In this document: positions 45,495-55,576 of the stretch, one piece after another
How positions within the stretch are numbered: the stretch's first letter is position 1
How the letters are laid out: each line of letters opens with the position of its first letter
Virus record (IMG/VR): IMGVR_UViG_3300042471_000650
Coordinates: 14,321 to 78,320 of that record
DNA from: a virus
DNA length: 64,000 nucleotides
Strand: one strand, 5' to 3'
Made by a program: the position numbers and the translations under genes
The notes under the pieces: generated by a model
The model's database searches: none
Told to the model about the DNA's origin: nothing
The model's input: only the letters and a program-made list of their open reading frames with translations

Positions 45495-46311
45495 AATTAA
45501 AAAGCAATAGTTCTTTTCTTTGTTTTTGCTCACGCATATATTCACCAACAGAACGCATCGTATAAGTCAAATCAAACTCTGCAGCGTTCCAGTTCTTAAA
45601 CCTATCTTTCACAAGTTGGTCAGAATTATAACTAATCAACTGATCCATATTGTTAGTGTCGCAATCAGCAACAAACTTATCGTGATCGAATCCTTTATGC
45701 ATTGATCCCTTTCTCCCATAGAGATTATCCTTAATATCATAAGGAGGATCGAGATACATAAAAGCACCTTTGTTTCCATCCATCAGATAATCGTAGGAGT
45801 AATTAGTTATGTGCCAGTGAGCAATTAACTTGGAATACTCGGGCAATTTATAGATTCCTCGCAGGGAGAAATTGGAGTTACTTGCTTGCTCTGAAAAAGA
45901 TGAACTTTCGGTAAGACCACTAAAAGAACATTTATTAACAATATAGAAAGCGACAGCACGATTAAAGTTCGATTCAGACTCATCATTAATATGCTCCTTT
46001 GACTTAGTAAATAACTCTCTTGCTAATTCTGGGGTATTATATGCTGTTTTTAAATCCACCAATTCACTTTTTAAATCATATCCAAACATCTGGAGTTGCT
46101 GCCAGAAGTTTACAAGAGGTTCGTAAAGATCATTGACCCATATATCTAGGTTGGGATATTTTTTAGTAATGTAAATCGCAACGCTTCCACCACCAAGAAA
46201 TGGTTCACGAAACTCATCATAGTTGCGAAGATCTGGAAAGTAAGGCCCCATCTTTTCACAAGCACGGGACTTACCTCCGGGATATCGCAATGGCGTCTTA
46301 AGAGACTTCAT
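45439..46311 (-). CDS. dam: DNA adenine methyltransferase (D12 class)
   Basis: RYPGGKS, EPFLGGGS and DPPY motifs. Confidence 0.9.
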   Translation of the reverse strand: MKSLKTPLRYPGGKSRACEKMGPYFPDLRNYDEFREPFLGGGSVAIYITKKYPNLDIWVNDLYEPLVNFWQQLQMFGYDLKSELVDLKTAYNTPELARELFTKSKEHINDESESNFNRAVAFYIVNKCSFSGLTESSSFSEQASNSNFSLRGIYKLPEYSKLIAHWHITNYSYDYLMDGNKGAFMYLDPPYDIKDNLYGRKGSMHKGFDHDKFVADCDTNNMDQLISYNSDQLVKDRFKNWNAAEFDLTYTMRSVGEYMREQKQRKELLLFNYGIEGLVKLDQSNEATPD

Positions 46312-46507
46312 AATCTTTAGGATGATACTTCAAATATTCTCTAAAAGTCAATTTCATTTCTTTCTGCGTCATTCCACAATGCTTTGCTGCAGCAGGAAGC
46401 GTCATTTTAGCACGAAAGAGACCTTCATTTGCCTCTTTCACATTTTCAGGAGTTGTTTTAACTGGATACTCGTATAGATTTTTGTAACTTATTTTATATG
46501 GATTCAT
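46298..46507 (-). CDS. Small hypothetical protein (HTH-like)
   Basis: TLPAAAKHCGMT segment. Confidence 0.65.
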   Translation of the reverse strand: MNPYKISYKNLYEYPVKTTPENVKEANEGLFRAKMTLPAAAKHCGMTQKEMKLTFREYLKYHPKDYEVS

Positions 46508-47448
46508 TTAAACTCACACTCCACCATTAGTTCAGTAAGAGCAGCAAGAAGATTTATCTCCTGGTCAGCAACGAACGCACATTGGTATTGATACTTAGCA
46601 ATAACAAGAACGGCAGCAGGAATAGTTGCGAGTGAAAGGCAATCATAACAGGCGTCATAAACCCTGCGAAGAAGGTGAGAAGCATCGTTGTCCAAGTTGG
46701 CGACCACCCACTTACGGACTTCTGTGAAATTCTTTTCTTTGAGCGATTTAACCAACTCATTTACAGAGATGTCCGAGAAAGATGCAAGAATTCCAGAGTC
46801 AATTTGTCCGCCCACCGAATACCTTTGACATTCGTTGAGAACTCGTCTCCAGTCTGGGAAGTGCTTGTTGATAAGTTCCGCAAGGACTTTTTGATCATAT
46901 CGGACGCCTTCCGCATCCAAGATGTTTTGTAGACGCTTGAAAAAGGATCCTGCCAGTGCCGCTTTTTCTTTACCTTTAATCCCAAAGTCGATGACAGCAC
47001 ATCGAGAGTGGAGAGGTTCAAGGATTTTGTTTTTGTAGTTGCAGGTGAATACGAATCGGCAATTGCCAGCAAACTCCTCAATAAACGCCCGTAGGAGGAG
47101 TTGTACGTCGTTTCCTGTGTTATCTGCTTCATCAATAATGACGACTTTGTGTTTAGCAGTTGACGAAAGCGATACGGTCGAAGCGAAGTTCTTCGCATTG
47201 TTTCGGACAGTATCAAGGAATCTACCCTCGTCGGATCCATTGATGACATAAAAATCTACCCCCAACTCATTGCATAGTGCTTTTGCCACTGTGGTCTTAC
47301 CAATACCAGGAGGACCTGCAAGAAGCATATTTGGAATTTCACCCTTATTTAGAAACTCCTGAAACATACTTTTGGTAGACTCTGGAAGAATACACTCTCC
47401 AATAGTTTTAGGGCGATATTTCTCAACCCAAATAAAATCACTGTTCAT
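46504..47448 (-). CDS. gp44: Clamp loader large subunit
   Basis: WVEKYRP, GPPGIGKT, DEAD and SRC motifs. Confidence 0.96.
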   Translation of the reverse strand: MNSDFIWVEKYRPKTIGECILPESTKSMFQEFLNKGEIPNMLLAGPPGIGKTTVAKALCNELGVDFYVINGSDEGRFLDTVRNNAKNFASTVSLSSTAKHKVVIIDEADNTGNDVQLLLRAFIEEFAGNCRFVFTCNYKNKILEPLHSRCAVIDFGIKGKEKAALAGSFFKRLQNILDAEGVRYDQKVLAELINKHFPDWRRVLNECQRYSVGGQIDSGILASFSDISVNELVKSLKEKNFTEVRKWVVANLDNDASHLLRRVYDACYDCLSLATIPAAVLVIAKYQYQCAFVADQEINLLAALTELMVECEFK

Positions 47449-47578
47449 AATTAAGTCCAATCAGTTTTTTCAAACAACAATCTGGGACAACTTCCCACCA
47501 TTCATTCCCATCAAAAATATACACTGTGTATGTATCTTTGTCAAGAAAAAAATCACCTTTTTTGTATTTTATATCCAT
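47438..47578 (-). CDS. 46-aa hypothetical protein
   Basis: MDIKYKKGDFFLDKDT..YIFDGNEWW; fills the gap between neighbours. Confidence 0.45.
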   Translation of the reverse strand: MDIKYKKGDFFLDKDTYTVYIFDGNEWWEVVPDCCLKKLIGLNYEQ

Positions 47579-48078
47579 TCAGGTTTACGTTCTGGCATAC
47601 GAAGATAATTAGATGCAACCCAAGGTTTGGATGCGATATACATCTTGTAAGCAGTAAAAGTATCAATGCTTGTGTCAAGTTTATACTCATCTGGCATTGC
47701 CCTTGCAAATGGTGTTACTTTATTGAGTTTACCTTTAGGAAACAAATAGTATGCTTCAATTAAAGTATTCTGGCACGAATGAATTTTATTATATCTCAAC
47801 GTGTATTCATCACAAAGATTTAGTCCCCACTTAATCAACCAATAAGCATTATCAACTGTTTTTGCTGCCCATTGAGTGCAAGGATGATTCCTAAATGCAC
47901 CCTTTTCTGTGGCATAAGCATTGCCGTCTTTCTTATGAATTGGTCCGTAATTATGATACCACTTTGATGCTACAATTGATAACATTTGACAACATTCAAG
48001 AGGCATTTTGGTTATATGTTTGTCAGGAAGACAAATTGCCGACTCGGCAGGAAATTGATTAGTGACGAAGATATTCAT
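47569..48078 (-). CDS. Pyrimidine dimer DNA glycosylase/endonuclease V-like protein
   Basis: MNIF...DKH..KM.LE..QML...NHPC..W...EY..RY. Confidence 0.75.
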   Translation of the reverse strand: MNIFVTNQFPAESAICLPDKHITKMPLECCQMLSIVASKWYHNYGPIHKKDGNAYATEKGAFRNHPCTQWAAKTVDNAYWLIKWGLNLCDEYTLRYNKIHSCQNTLIEAYYLFPKGKLNKVTPFARAMPDEYKLDTSIDTFTAYKMYIASKPWVASNYLRMPERKPEWI

Positions 48079-48488
48079 CAGAAGCAATACTTGTTTACGT
48101 AGTATAGCACTCTCTCTGGTTTATCTTCCAGATAGTATGCTTCAGTTTCATAAACTGGATAAGAATTTTTACTTACCTTAACAGAGCGAACGACATCATT
48201 AAGTTTATACTTATCTAATGTTGCGTCAGCAATTTTAAGAGATCCTTTCTTACACGCTTGAGCAACATGAACTGCTTCGTGATAAACAGTTTCGTTTACA
48301 TAGTGATTTACAGGACTGATAGTATTCTTGATGTTATTCGTACAAATTACAAATCGAGAACCATCTATTCCTCCAAAAATTTCCCTGTTCCTACAATATG
48401 CAGAGTTTTCTACAACTCTGTAATTTTTCATCATAATTTTACTCACCAGTTCTTGACCGATGGGCGTCAAATAAAGTAGAAATTCCAT
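48078..48488 (-). CDS. HExxH zincin-like hypothetical protein
   Basis: HEAVHVAQ...ETEAY. Confidence 0.65.
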   Translation of the reverse strand: MEFLLYLTPIGQELVSKIMMKNYRVVENSAYCRNREIFGGIDGSRFVICTNNIKNTISPVNHYVNETVYHEAVHVAQACKKGSLKIADATLDKYKLNDVVRSVKVSKNSYPVYETEAYYLEDKPERVLYYVNKYCF

Positions 48489-49174
48489 TATGCAAAAGTT
48501 GAATCAGGTTCCAGAGCAATATAATAGCAGAGATTGTATTTGGGATTCGTGAACTGTGACAGAAGTTTTTGTGATACAACTACGTCATAGGCACCAGGAA
48601 TAATCTTAATGTTTTCAACCTTGAAGTTGAAAGTAAATTCCTTATCAGTCTCACCAACTACAATAGAATATTCGTTAGAAGTATCATTCTTCTTATCACG
48701 AACCACCAGACGAATTACACCTGCATCACCAACTGCCGATAGGTCAGGAAGTTGATAAACTGCTGCTGCCTTCAGAAGTTTTTCCAGGGTTACACTCTCA
48801 AGTTGGAAACAAACATCTTTGGAAGGAAGTTGAATTTCTTTTTCTGGAGGAGAAATGATAACATTCGGGTCGGCAAAGAAATACTTCACACGACGCTTAC
48901 CTTCACGAATAGTAATGTGCGAATCTTCGGCAAAATCAAGGTCTGGGTCCTGATGAAGACTCAAACCATTCAGAAACTGGTTGAGGTCATAAATTGCAAA
49001 GTCACGGGGAAACTCTTCAGTAATATCCGCTTCAGCAAGAATATTCTTTGCAACGGAAATCGTGCGAAGACGATTACCCTGCTTTACAAGGATGGAGTTG
49101 TTAATGCCAGCAAAGTTTTTGAGAAGGGCAAGAGTGTTGTCAGAAAGTTTCATAGTTTGGGGTTTGAGTTTCAC
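48488..49174 (-). CDS. gp45: Sliding clamp
   Basis: MKLS..TL.LLKNFAGIN...IYDLNQFL...YYIALE. Confidence 0.95.
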   Translation of the reverse strand: MKLKPQTMKLSDNTLALLKNFAGINNSILVKQGNRLRTISVAKNILAEADITEEFPRDFAIYDLNQFLNGLSLHQDPDLDFAEDSHITIREGKRRVKYFFADPNVIISPPEKEIQLPSKDVCFQLESVTLEKLLKAAAVYQLPDLSAVGDAGVIRLVVRDKKNDTSNEYSIVVGETDKEFTFNFKVENIKIIPGAYDVVVSQKLLSQFTNPKYNLCYYIALEPDSTFA

Positions 49175-49548
49175 TTGTTTTCAACTAGATTGAGATGATT
49201 AATCAAAAGAATAGTATAGTGCAATACTTTAAACAAGTCAGCACGAGGAGTTCCTTTTGTGTCATAACGATCAATATACTTGGTCACATTACCTGCACAA
49301 AATCCCTCACGACGATTGTGTTTAATCTTATCAAGAGTTTGTTCAGTTCCACCACCAGTCCTATCAACATAATGCTGACTATAAGTTCCAGAAATATATT
49401 CTTCAAGTTGCTTGAGAATTTTGTCTTCGTTATATTTCCAAAAATGATTTGAGTTGTCGTTCATAATAGATTCTTTGTCAATTGAAATTTTACCGTCACT
49501 ATTCAAATACATAGTGAATTCATTCATTGGATAAGGATGCTCGTCCAT
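49171..49548 (-). CDS. DUF3310-like conserved phage protein
   Basis: TYSQHY...FCAGN..KY..RY..K...DL.K..HY; start uncertain. Confidence 0.7.
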   Translation of the reverse strand: MDEHPYPMNEFTMYLNSDGKISIDKESIMNDNSNHFWKYNEDKILKQLEEYISGTYSQHYVDRTGGGTEQTLDKIKHNRREGFCAGNVTKYIDRYDTKGTPRADLFKVLHYTILLINHLNLVENK

Positions 49549-49589
49549 AATAAAGGGGGGAGGTCATAGTTTTACCTCCCCCAATTATA

Positions 49590-50723
49590 TCAGAAAGGAG
49601 CGGGTTGGTCAACGTATTCTACAGTCAGTTCAGGACCAGTAGAAGGCATTTGGAAGTCAGCATCAACTTTATCATAGAGTTCCAGGAAGGACTGCTTGGT
49701 CTCATCGTCAAAGCGATTCACACAAACTTGAATCGCTTTCGCCTTATCATTGAAGATACTGTAGGCACGAACAATGTGAACCAGGCGGCGGGTGCTGATG
49801 ATTTCCTCAATACCACCATCATAGAAGGTCTTGCGGATGATGTCTGCCCAGTCAACCAGACGCTTACAGAAGTCGCGGTCTTCCACACCAAGATCCAGAG
49901 CGATACCCTCAAGGATCTTCTGTTCGGTAGCAGGCGCAGGATATGCTTGCTCAAAGGTCACAGGAAAACGCTCAAGGAATGCTTCATTGAGGACATTGGT
50001 GCCAATGAAACGACCATCATCAGAACCCTTACCTTTGGTGTTGGCAGTAGCAATAACGTTAAAACCAGCGGCAGGTTTTACAAAGCGACCAATCTTTTTC
50101 AGGAAAACACCCTTACCTTCCAGAACAGATTGAAGGCAGAGGATTTTGTTAGAAGCAAGGTCAATTTCGTCCAGAAGAAGAATCGCACCACGCTCCAGTG
50201 CCTCAATCACAGGACCATTGTGCCACGCAGTTTCACCATTCACCAGACGGAAACCACCAATCAGGTCATCCTCATCAGTCTCAATCGTAATGTTGACACG
50301 AATCAATTCACGCTTAAGTTGAGCACACGCTTGCTCCACAGAGAACGTTTTACCATTACCCGAAAGACCCGTGATAAACGTAGGATAAAAGAGACGGGAC
50401 TGAATAATTTTCTTAATATCGTTAAAGTTACCAAACTTGACGAAGGTATCATCTTTATCAGGAATCAAATTTTGATGAGTTTCAGGAAGAACAGAAACAT
50501 TGTTAAAAGAACGCTCAATTTCTTCAACACGTTCTTGAGTCACTTCCAGATTCCAACGACCACGAGCAGTCTTATAACTCTCAAGACGACGACTAACAGT
50601 CTGATAGTTAAGACCACGAGAGGCACAAAAACCTTTCAGGTCTCCAGAAGTGATTTCGGAACCATACAGTTCTTGAATGCTTGCGATAAGTGCTTGGTCG
50701 TTCACAGAGGACTTGCGAGGCAT
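49590..50723 (-). CDS. cobS: CobS-like MoxR AAA+ ATPase
   Basis: GLSGNGKT, LLDEID, TANTKG and NEAFLERF motifs. Confidence 0.93.
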   Translation of the reverse strand: MPRKSSVNDQALIASIQELYGSEITSGDLKGFCASRGLNYQTVSRRLESYKTARGRWNLEVTQERVEEIERSFNNVSVLPETHQNLIPDKDDTFVKFGNFNDIKKIIQSRLFYPTFITGLSGNGKTFSVEQACAQLKRELIRVNITIETDEDDLIGGFRLVNGETAWHNGPVIEALERGAILLLDEIDLASNKILCLQSVLEGKGVFLKKIGRFVKPAAGFNVIATANTKGKGSDDGRFIGTNVLNEAFLERFPVTFEQAYPAPATEQKILEGIALDLGVEDRDFCKRLVDWADIIRKTFYDGGIEEIISTRRLVHIVRAYSIFNDKAKAIQVCVNRFDDETKQSFLELYDKVDADFQMPSTGPELTVEYVDQPAPF

Positions 50724-50796
50724 AATGTAGTTAGGTCGTTTTGTTTAACTGAAGTTATTATACAAGAAAAAAGGGGGTCGTGGAACCCCCCTTGTG

Positions 50797-50985
50797 TCAG
50801 TTTGCCAACTGGTTCTTCAGTTTCTCAAAGTGCTCTCTGCTGGCAATTTTTCCAGTGTAACCAGGATAAAATTGTTTTACCATTGCAGGAATACCCATCG
50901 CAGTAATCGCACTATCGCAAATCACCCACACTTCTTGAGTATCATATTTGACTACGTGCTCAAGTGGAAATTTAGTCTTCTTCAT
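50797..50985 (-). CDS. Small hypothetical protein
   Basis: 62 aa from MKKTKFP. Confidence 0.6.
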   Translation of the reverse strand: MKKTKFPLEHVVKYDTQEVWVICDSAITAMGIPAMVKQFYPGYTGKIASREHFEKLKNQLAN

Positions 50986-51532
50986 AAGTAAATGTTTTGT
51001 TCTTAACTTTAGTATCAAATTCACCAGTTCTACCTGGTTTCATTTTTCCAACTCCAACATTCTTTCCTTTACCAGGCCAAGATGTTTTTGAAGTTCCTTT
51101 GAGTGTAGCAGAACCTTTTGGTTTGCGTTGAATCAATACAGAATCTTGGTCGTCTCTAGAAGAACCTTCAGGAGCATTACGCTTCTGCTTGAGTCCTCTT
51201 TCAGTTCCAAGTTTCTCTATAGTTTTCTTGAACTTTTTCTTACCCATTTTACCAGAAGAAACTACGTGAGATTTTTCACCTACTTTCTTCTCTTCTGGTG
51301 TTCCTGGATTTTCGGTATAACGTCCAGATACTTTAGTAGGTCCTGGAAGTCCAGCACCTCTAATTCTTCTTTCAGTTCTCGCAGATCTTGCCTTATTTTC
51401 TGATTTTGATTTATCTCCTCTTTGTCCAGAAAGAATTGCCATACCACCTTTTTGAGACTTGCTCATTACGCGAGTAAGGGAAGTCTCTTGGATAGAATAA
51501 CATTCTACCATAAATTCCTGAAAAGTCTTCAT
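50972..51532 (-). CDS. Basic protein with T4 capsid-targeting-like N-terminus
   Basis: Starts MKTFQEFMVE; CTAAATA late-type promoter upstream. Confidence 0.7.
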   Translation of the reverse strand: MKTFQEFMVECYSIQETSLTRVMSKSQKGGMAILSGQRGDKSKSENKARSARTERRIRGAGLPGPTKVSGRYTENPGTPEEKKVGEKSHVVSSGKMGKKKFKKTIEKLGTERGLKQKRNAPEGSSRDDQDSVLIQRKPKGSATLKGTSKTSWPGKGKNVGVGKMKPGRTGEFDTKVKNKTFTYEED

Positions 51533-51559
51533 CTTTATAAGCACTTTTTGAATATTTAG

Positions 51560-53710
51560 TTAAGCAACCAACTCAATAAACTCTCCAAGAATACGCTTAT
51601 TCATTTTTTTACTCTTCAGACTCTTAACAAAAGCGTTTTTAATCTGTGCCTTAGAAGCATCTTCAGAAACAGCAAACTCCGAATCTTGAGAGAGTGCATT
51701 TGCAGAAAGTCCAAAATATGTATTATATCCAGACTTTTTAATAGAAAATGCTTTTTCCTTACGCCAGGAACTAATTGTCTTTTCATAATCAGAACCATAA
51801 TGACCACAATAACGACGAATAAAAGCACCTGCATCATGAGATTCAAGCACACGAATACCAATAAAGTTAATATCAGTAAACTTATCCCTCAAATTGCGGA
51901 GGAAAACATCAGTCATTTGATGCCATTCACATTCCAGAGAATAAGTATTGCCAGTTTTGCGGTCACGCAAGAATGAATTAGTGCCAATATGAGAAGTGCC
52001 CAAATAAGGACCATCTTCCCAATGACGCTTCACTTCACGATGATACTTAATACCACACGCCTCACCATCAGTCAGAATCACACACTGAACTTTTTGAAGT
52101 TTATTTTCTTTTTGAAATTTGGGAAGAATCTGATGAAGAGCAATCATAGATTCATTTAAAGGAGTGCCCGAAAGACTCATACCCAAAGGAGTGGGATAGG
52201 AATGATAAGAATGGCGTCCAAAAGAAACTGCAAGACGGAAAATATTTTTCATTTGATTTTCTAGCGTCTTACTGTTCACTTTACTGGTGAGAAGATTCAT
52301 CATAGAAAACCATTCACCAACCTGAATCAGACCATCTTTCTTTTGATAGGAAAGTTCGCGCATATTTGCCCTACCATTCTCATCATAAGTCACCAAAGGA
52401 TAATCGGTTGTAAAGGCATAAACATCAAAAGGAATTGCAACTTTCTTACAAAACCAAACAAGATTGAAGAGTTGCTTGACAGTATCCAGCATTACATCAC
52501 CCATAGAACCAGACCAGTCAAGAACGAATACGAGACCGTGATTCTTACCAGTAGCAAGAGTAGTGACCTTTTTGAAAAGATCCTCATTGTATTTGTAGGT
52601 ATGAAGTTTGGAGCAATCAAGTACACCAGTGCGAGCAGTGGTGGCACGTGCATAAGAATCTGCTGCCTTATGACACTCAAACTCTTTCACAAGATAATTG
52701 ACTTCCTTTTGAGCAGAGCGTTTGAATTCCACAAACTGCTTATCAACCTCACCAAAAACACATTCATAAGTGCGGTCACTGTTTTCCAAGTATGCATTCC
52801 ACGACTCACTACATTGAGAATGAATCTCTGCATTTGAAACAATAATCTTTTTCAGGTCAAGTTGAGGAATTTCCAGATAGACATTCTCATATCCGTCATT
52901 GTTGACAAGATCTTTAAGTGCCTCTTCCAGAGACTCCATTGTTTTCACTTCAGGATCTTCATTCTTCTCACCACCTTGATTGTTGGGATTGGGTTGTTGT
53001 TTCTGATCTGAAGATTCATCAGAAGAAGCACCTTCGGAAGCACCAGATTCGGGTTGGTCATTTTCACCCTGCTGCTGGTCAGTAATATCAGGAGAAGGTT
53101 GATTATCTGCACCACCATCCTGCGATTCCAGATTATCAAGATTAATTTTAACTTCTTCTTGCTGTTTTTGCTTACAATACTTATAGAGTGCCTCTGATGC
53201 AATCAAGACATCGGAAAAAGTTTCAGCATCAGCAATCAGATTGATAATATCAGTCTCTTCACCACGCCCAATCGGCACATCAACAAAGTTTCCAACCTTA
53301 AACCAAAGATTTGCACGGTCGGCAAGATTATAAGTTTCCAGATTGTCATCACCAATCTGAAAGAAATCATCGTCAGCAAGTTCTTTATAACCGTTAAAGA
53401 AGGTCTTGCCAAGACCAGCATAACGACGCTTCATCAGTTTCTCAATACGAGCATCCTCAACTACATTCACAAACTGTGGGGGAATACTATATTGTTTCGT
53501 CCAATCAATATTAGGGGTTTCTCTTGAATGCCCAACTTCGTGTGCCACAAGAAGATCAACAACAGTATTACTCGCTTTCCACATAGGAAGTGTAAGCACA
53601 CGAGTATGGACATTAAAACAAGCAGTATCAACTTTTTTATGCTCCACCACAATGTCTTCTTCCGCCAGAAGTTTGGCGAGCATCCCTTTGATTTCGTAAT
53701 TAACGGTCAT
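51560..53710 (-). CDS. CobT-like metallopeptidase/VWA protein
   Basis: HEVGH...NVVEDARIE; VWA MIDAS DWSGSM...GTP...TDGE. Confidence 0.85.
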   Translation of the reverse strand: MTVNYEIKGMLAKLLAEEDIVVEHKKVDTACFNVHTRVLTLPMWKASNTVVDLLVAHEVGHSRETPNIDWTKQYSIPPQFVNVVEDARIEKLMKRRYAGLGKTFFNGYKELADDDFFQIGDDNLETYNLADRANLWFKVGNFVDVPIGRGEETDIINLIADAETFSDVLIASEALYKYCKQKQQEEVKINLDNLESQDGGADNQPSPDITDQQQGENDQPESGASEGASSDESSDQKQQPNPNNQGGEKNEDPEVKTMESLEEALKDLVNNDGYENVYLEIPQLDLKKIIVSNAEIHSQCSESWNAYLENSDRTYECVFGEVDKQFVEFKRSAQKEVNYLVKEFECHKAADSYARATTARTGVLDCSKLHTYKYNEDLFKKVTTLATGKNHGLVFVLDWSGSMGDVMLDTVKQLFNLVWFCKKVAIPFDVYAFTTDYPLVTYDENGRANMRELSYQKKDGLIQVGEWFSMMNLLTSKVNSKTLENQMKNIFRLAVSFGRHSYHSYPTPLGMSLSGTPLNESMIALHQILPKFQKENKLQKVQCVILTDGEACGIKYHREVKRHWEDGPYLGTSHIGTNSFLRDRKTGNTYSLECEWHQMTDVFLRNLRDKFTDINFIGIRVLESHDAGAFIRRYCGHYGSDYEKTISSWRKEKAFSIKKSGYNTYFGLSANALSQDSEFAVSEDASKAQIKNAFVKSLKSKKMNKRILGEFIELVA

Positions 53711-53754
53711 TTGAGTTTGTGTGATATGTGAGTATCATAGTCCAACCTTACGAC

Positions 53755-54507
53755 TTACGCATCACCACTAGGACAGTTTTTAAACTGGACCCTACCTCTT
53801 ACCCACTCATCGCCAGGACACTCAAAACATAATTTTTGTGAAACTCCATCATTCCACCATTTTTTGCCCATCGCTGATGGTGGAATAAGTCCCAGTCTTT
53901 TAGATGCTTGACTTATTTTTTTCTTATGCTCGTCTGTGAGTTTTTTACCTTTTCTTGAAATACTTTGTTTTTGTCTAGTTTCATCACTTACATATTTTCC
54001 CGTGTTTATTTTTCTAATATTTTCTATTTCGCCCTCACTTAACTTTCTAGAATATAATCTCCCAAGAATCCATCCATCACCAGGACATTCAATAGTGTGT
54101 TTATCTATCTCACCATTATTCCACCATCTTCTTTGAGAAACTTGTTTAGAGATTAATTCTTTTTGCTCTTCTGTTAGTTTTTTATTTTTATTTTTTTGTC
54201 GTATTTTTTCTTTTGTTTCTTCACTTAAAACTCTACCAGAACTTCCTTCACCGCCATAAGACATATTGATTAATATACCACCTTCACTTTTTAATCCAAG
54301 AATAGAAATAATATAGTTTTCGTGTTTATAAGCATCAAACTCGGTTAGATTTTTCTTCAAGAAAAGCACTCTATCTTTTGGTGGAGGAGACATATAAGTA
54401 TCACCTCTTTTATGGGGACAATATGCCCGATTACGAATACCTTTACCAATATAATAGGGCGTTTTATCATCCCTCAACCAAGCATAAGTGTAATAAGTAT
54501 TTTTCAT
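53755..54507 (-). CDS. GIY-YIG homing endonuclease with NUMOD3-like repeats
   Basis: YYTY...PYYIGKG...R...E...N; SEETKEKI and WWNNG repeats; TATAAATA at 54537-54544. Confidence 0.88.
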   Translation of the reverse strand: MKNTYYTYAWLRDDKTPYYIGKGIRNRAYCPHKRGDTYMSPPPKDRVLFLKKNLTEFDAYKHENYIISILGLKSEGGILINMSYGGEGSSGRVLSEETKEKIRQKNKNKKLTEEQKELISKQVSQRRWWNNGEIDKHTIECPGDGWILGRLYSRKLSEGEIENIRKINTGKYVSDETRQKQSISRKGKKLTDEHKKKISQASKRLGLIPPSAMGKKWWNDGVSQKLCFECPGDEWVRGRVQFKNCPSGDA

Positions 54508-54605
54508 TAGGACACACTCTTTTTACTCCACACTATTATTTATATAAGTTTATACAAAAAAAGAGGGTGGTGAGACCCTCTAGTGTGCCAGTTTGAAAAG
54601 TGGTC

Positions 54606-55325
54606 TCAACGCTCACCGCGCATATGTCTTTCAGATTCTCTTGCCTTTTGTAATGCCTGACCAGTATTTTGTTTTCCAGAAATATGTTTGAGAGCAGAAC
54701 CAGATTTTCTTTCGTTTTCTTTATTAAACTTTTTTTGAAGATATTCTGTTCTTTTAGTCTCTTCAACAATACTCTGCTTCCACTCTTCACTCATATTTGC
54801 CATAATAGCGATTGCTGCCTCATTCGTATCAGCATAACCTTCAGCAACTAGGTGCTCAAGGATGTAGTCAAAGAGGTCAAAACTTTCAGCACTTACACCA
54901 GTTTTCTTCTGTCTCTCAAGTTTCTTACCCTTTGGTTTTCCACCAGGAGCACTTGGACCCCCATCAAAATCTGGGTCATAACCGGTGTGCCCATATTCTG
55001 CCTCACCTCTTGCATAATCTCTGCCACTTTGAGTCATTCCACTTCTTCTACCTGAATAGGGAGAAGGTTTAGTTGACTTCTTACCTCTATTTCCTGCATC
55101 AGGATTAAGAGTTCTGTAGTGGTGTTTTTCGGCAGATTTTACTTGTTTAGTTTTATCACCTCTTTTTGCAAATCCACTTGCGGGAGTTTCTCTTCTCTTA
55201 TTAGCAAGTTTCCCATAAGCAGCAGTTGCTTTTGGTGTTTGTCCATAAGAACCTTCTGCCTCATCAAGTTCTTGATAAACTTCCAAATATGCCTCTTGAA
55301 GGTTACGAAACTCTTGTGCGTCCAT
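54606..55325 (-). CDS. Late modular protein (putative internal head protein)
   Basis: TATAAATA at 55346-55353; LQEAY.EVY N-terminus and FDYILEHLVAEGYADT module. Confidence 0.7.
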   Translation of the reverse strand: MDAQEFRNLQEAYLEVYQELDEAEGSYGQTPKATAAYGKLANKRRETPASGFAKRGDKTKQVKSAEKHHYRTLNPDAGNRGKKSTKPSPYSGRRSGMTQSGRDYARGEAEYGHTGYDPDFDGGPSAPGGKPKGKKLERQKKTGVSAESFDLFDYILEHLVAEGYADTNEAAIAIMANMSEEWKQSIVEETKRTEYLQKKFNKENERKSGSALKHISGKQNTGQALQKARESERHMRGER

Positions 55326-55348
55326 TTTTATGAATACTTTTTAGTTAT

Positions 55349-55489
55349 TTATAAAAAAGAAGAAGCGTCCCCGTGTTGGAGACGCTTCTTGAGTGCTTGG
55401 CGACGTGCCTTTGCTTGTCGGAGTGCTTGAGGTTTAAGTTTTCGTTTCTGCTCCTTTTTGGAGTGATGTTGCCAGTTCGGAAGTTTCAT
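55349..55489 (-). CDS. Small basic protein
   Basis: MKLPNWQHHSKKEQKRKLKPQALRQAKARR. Confidence 0.7.
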   Translation of the reverse strand: MKLPNWQHHSKKEQKRKLKPQALRQAKARRQALKKRLQHGDASSFL

Positions 55490-55576
55490 TTTTCTCCGTG
55501 AGTGAATCCATCCATTCTCCAATTCTATCAACAAGTCGGTCCAACCAGTCTTGCCCTTGTGCCACTTTATCTTCTG

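Noticed and set aside
49605-50906. 433-aa plus-strand ORF
   Set aside because: Antisense shadow of cobS in the mirrored codon frame; no recognisable motifs, RBS or promoter. Explained by codon bias.
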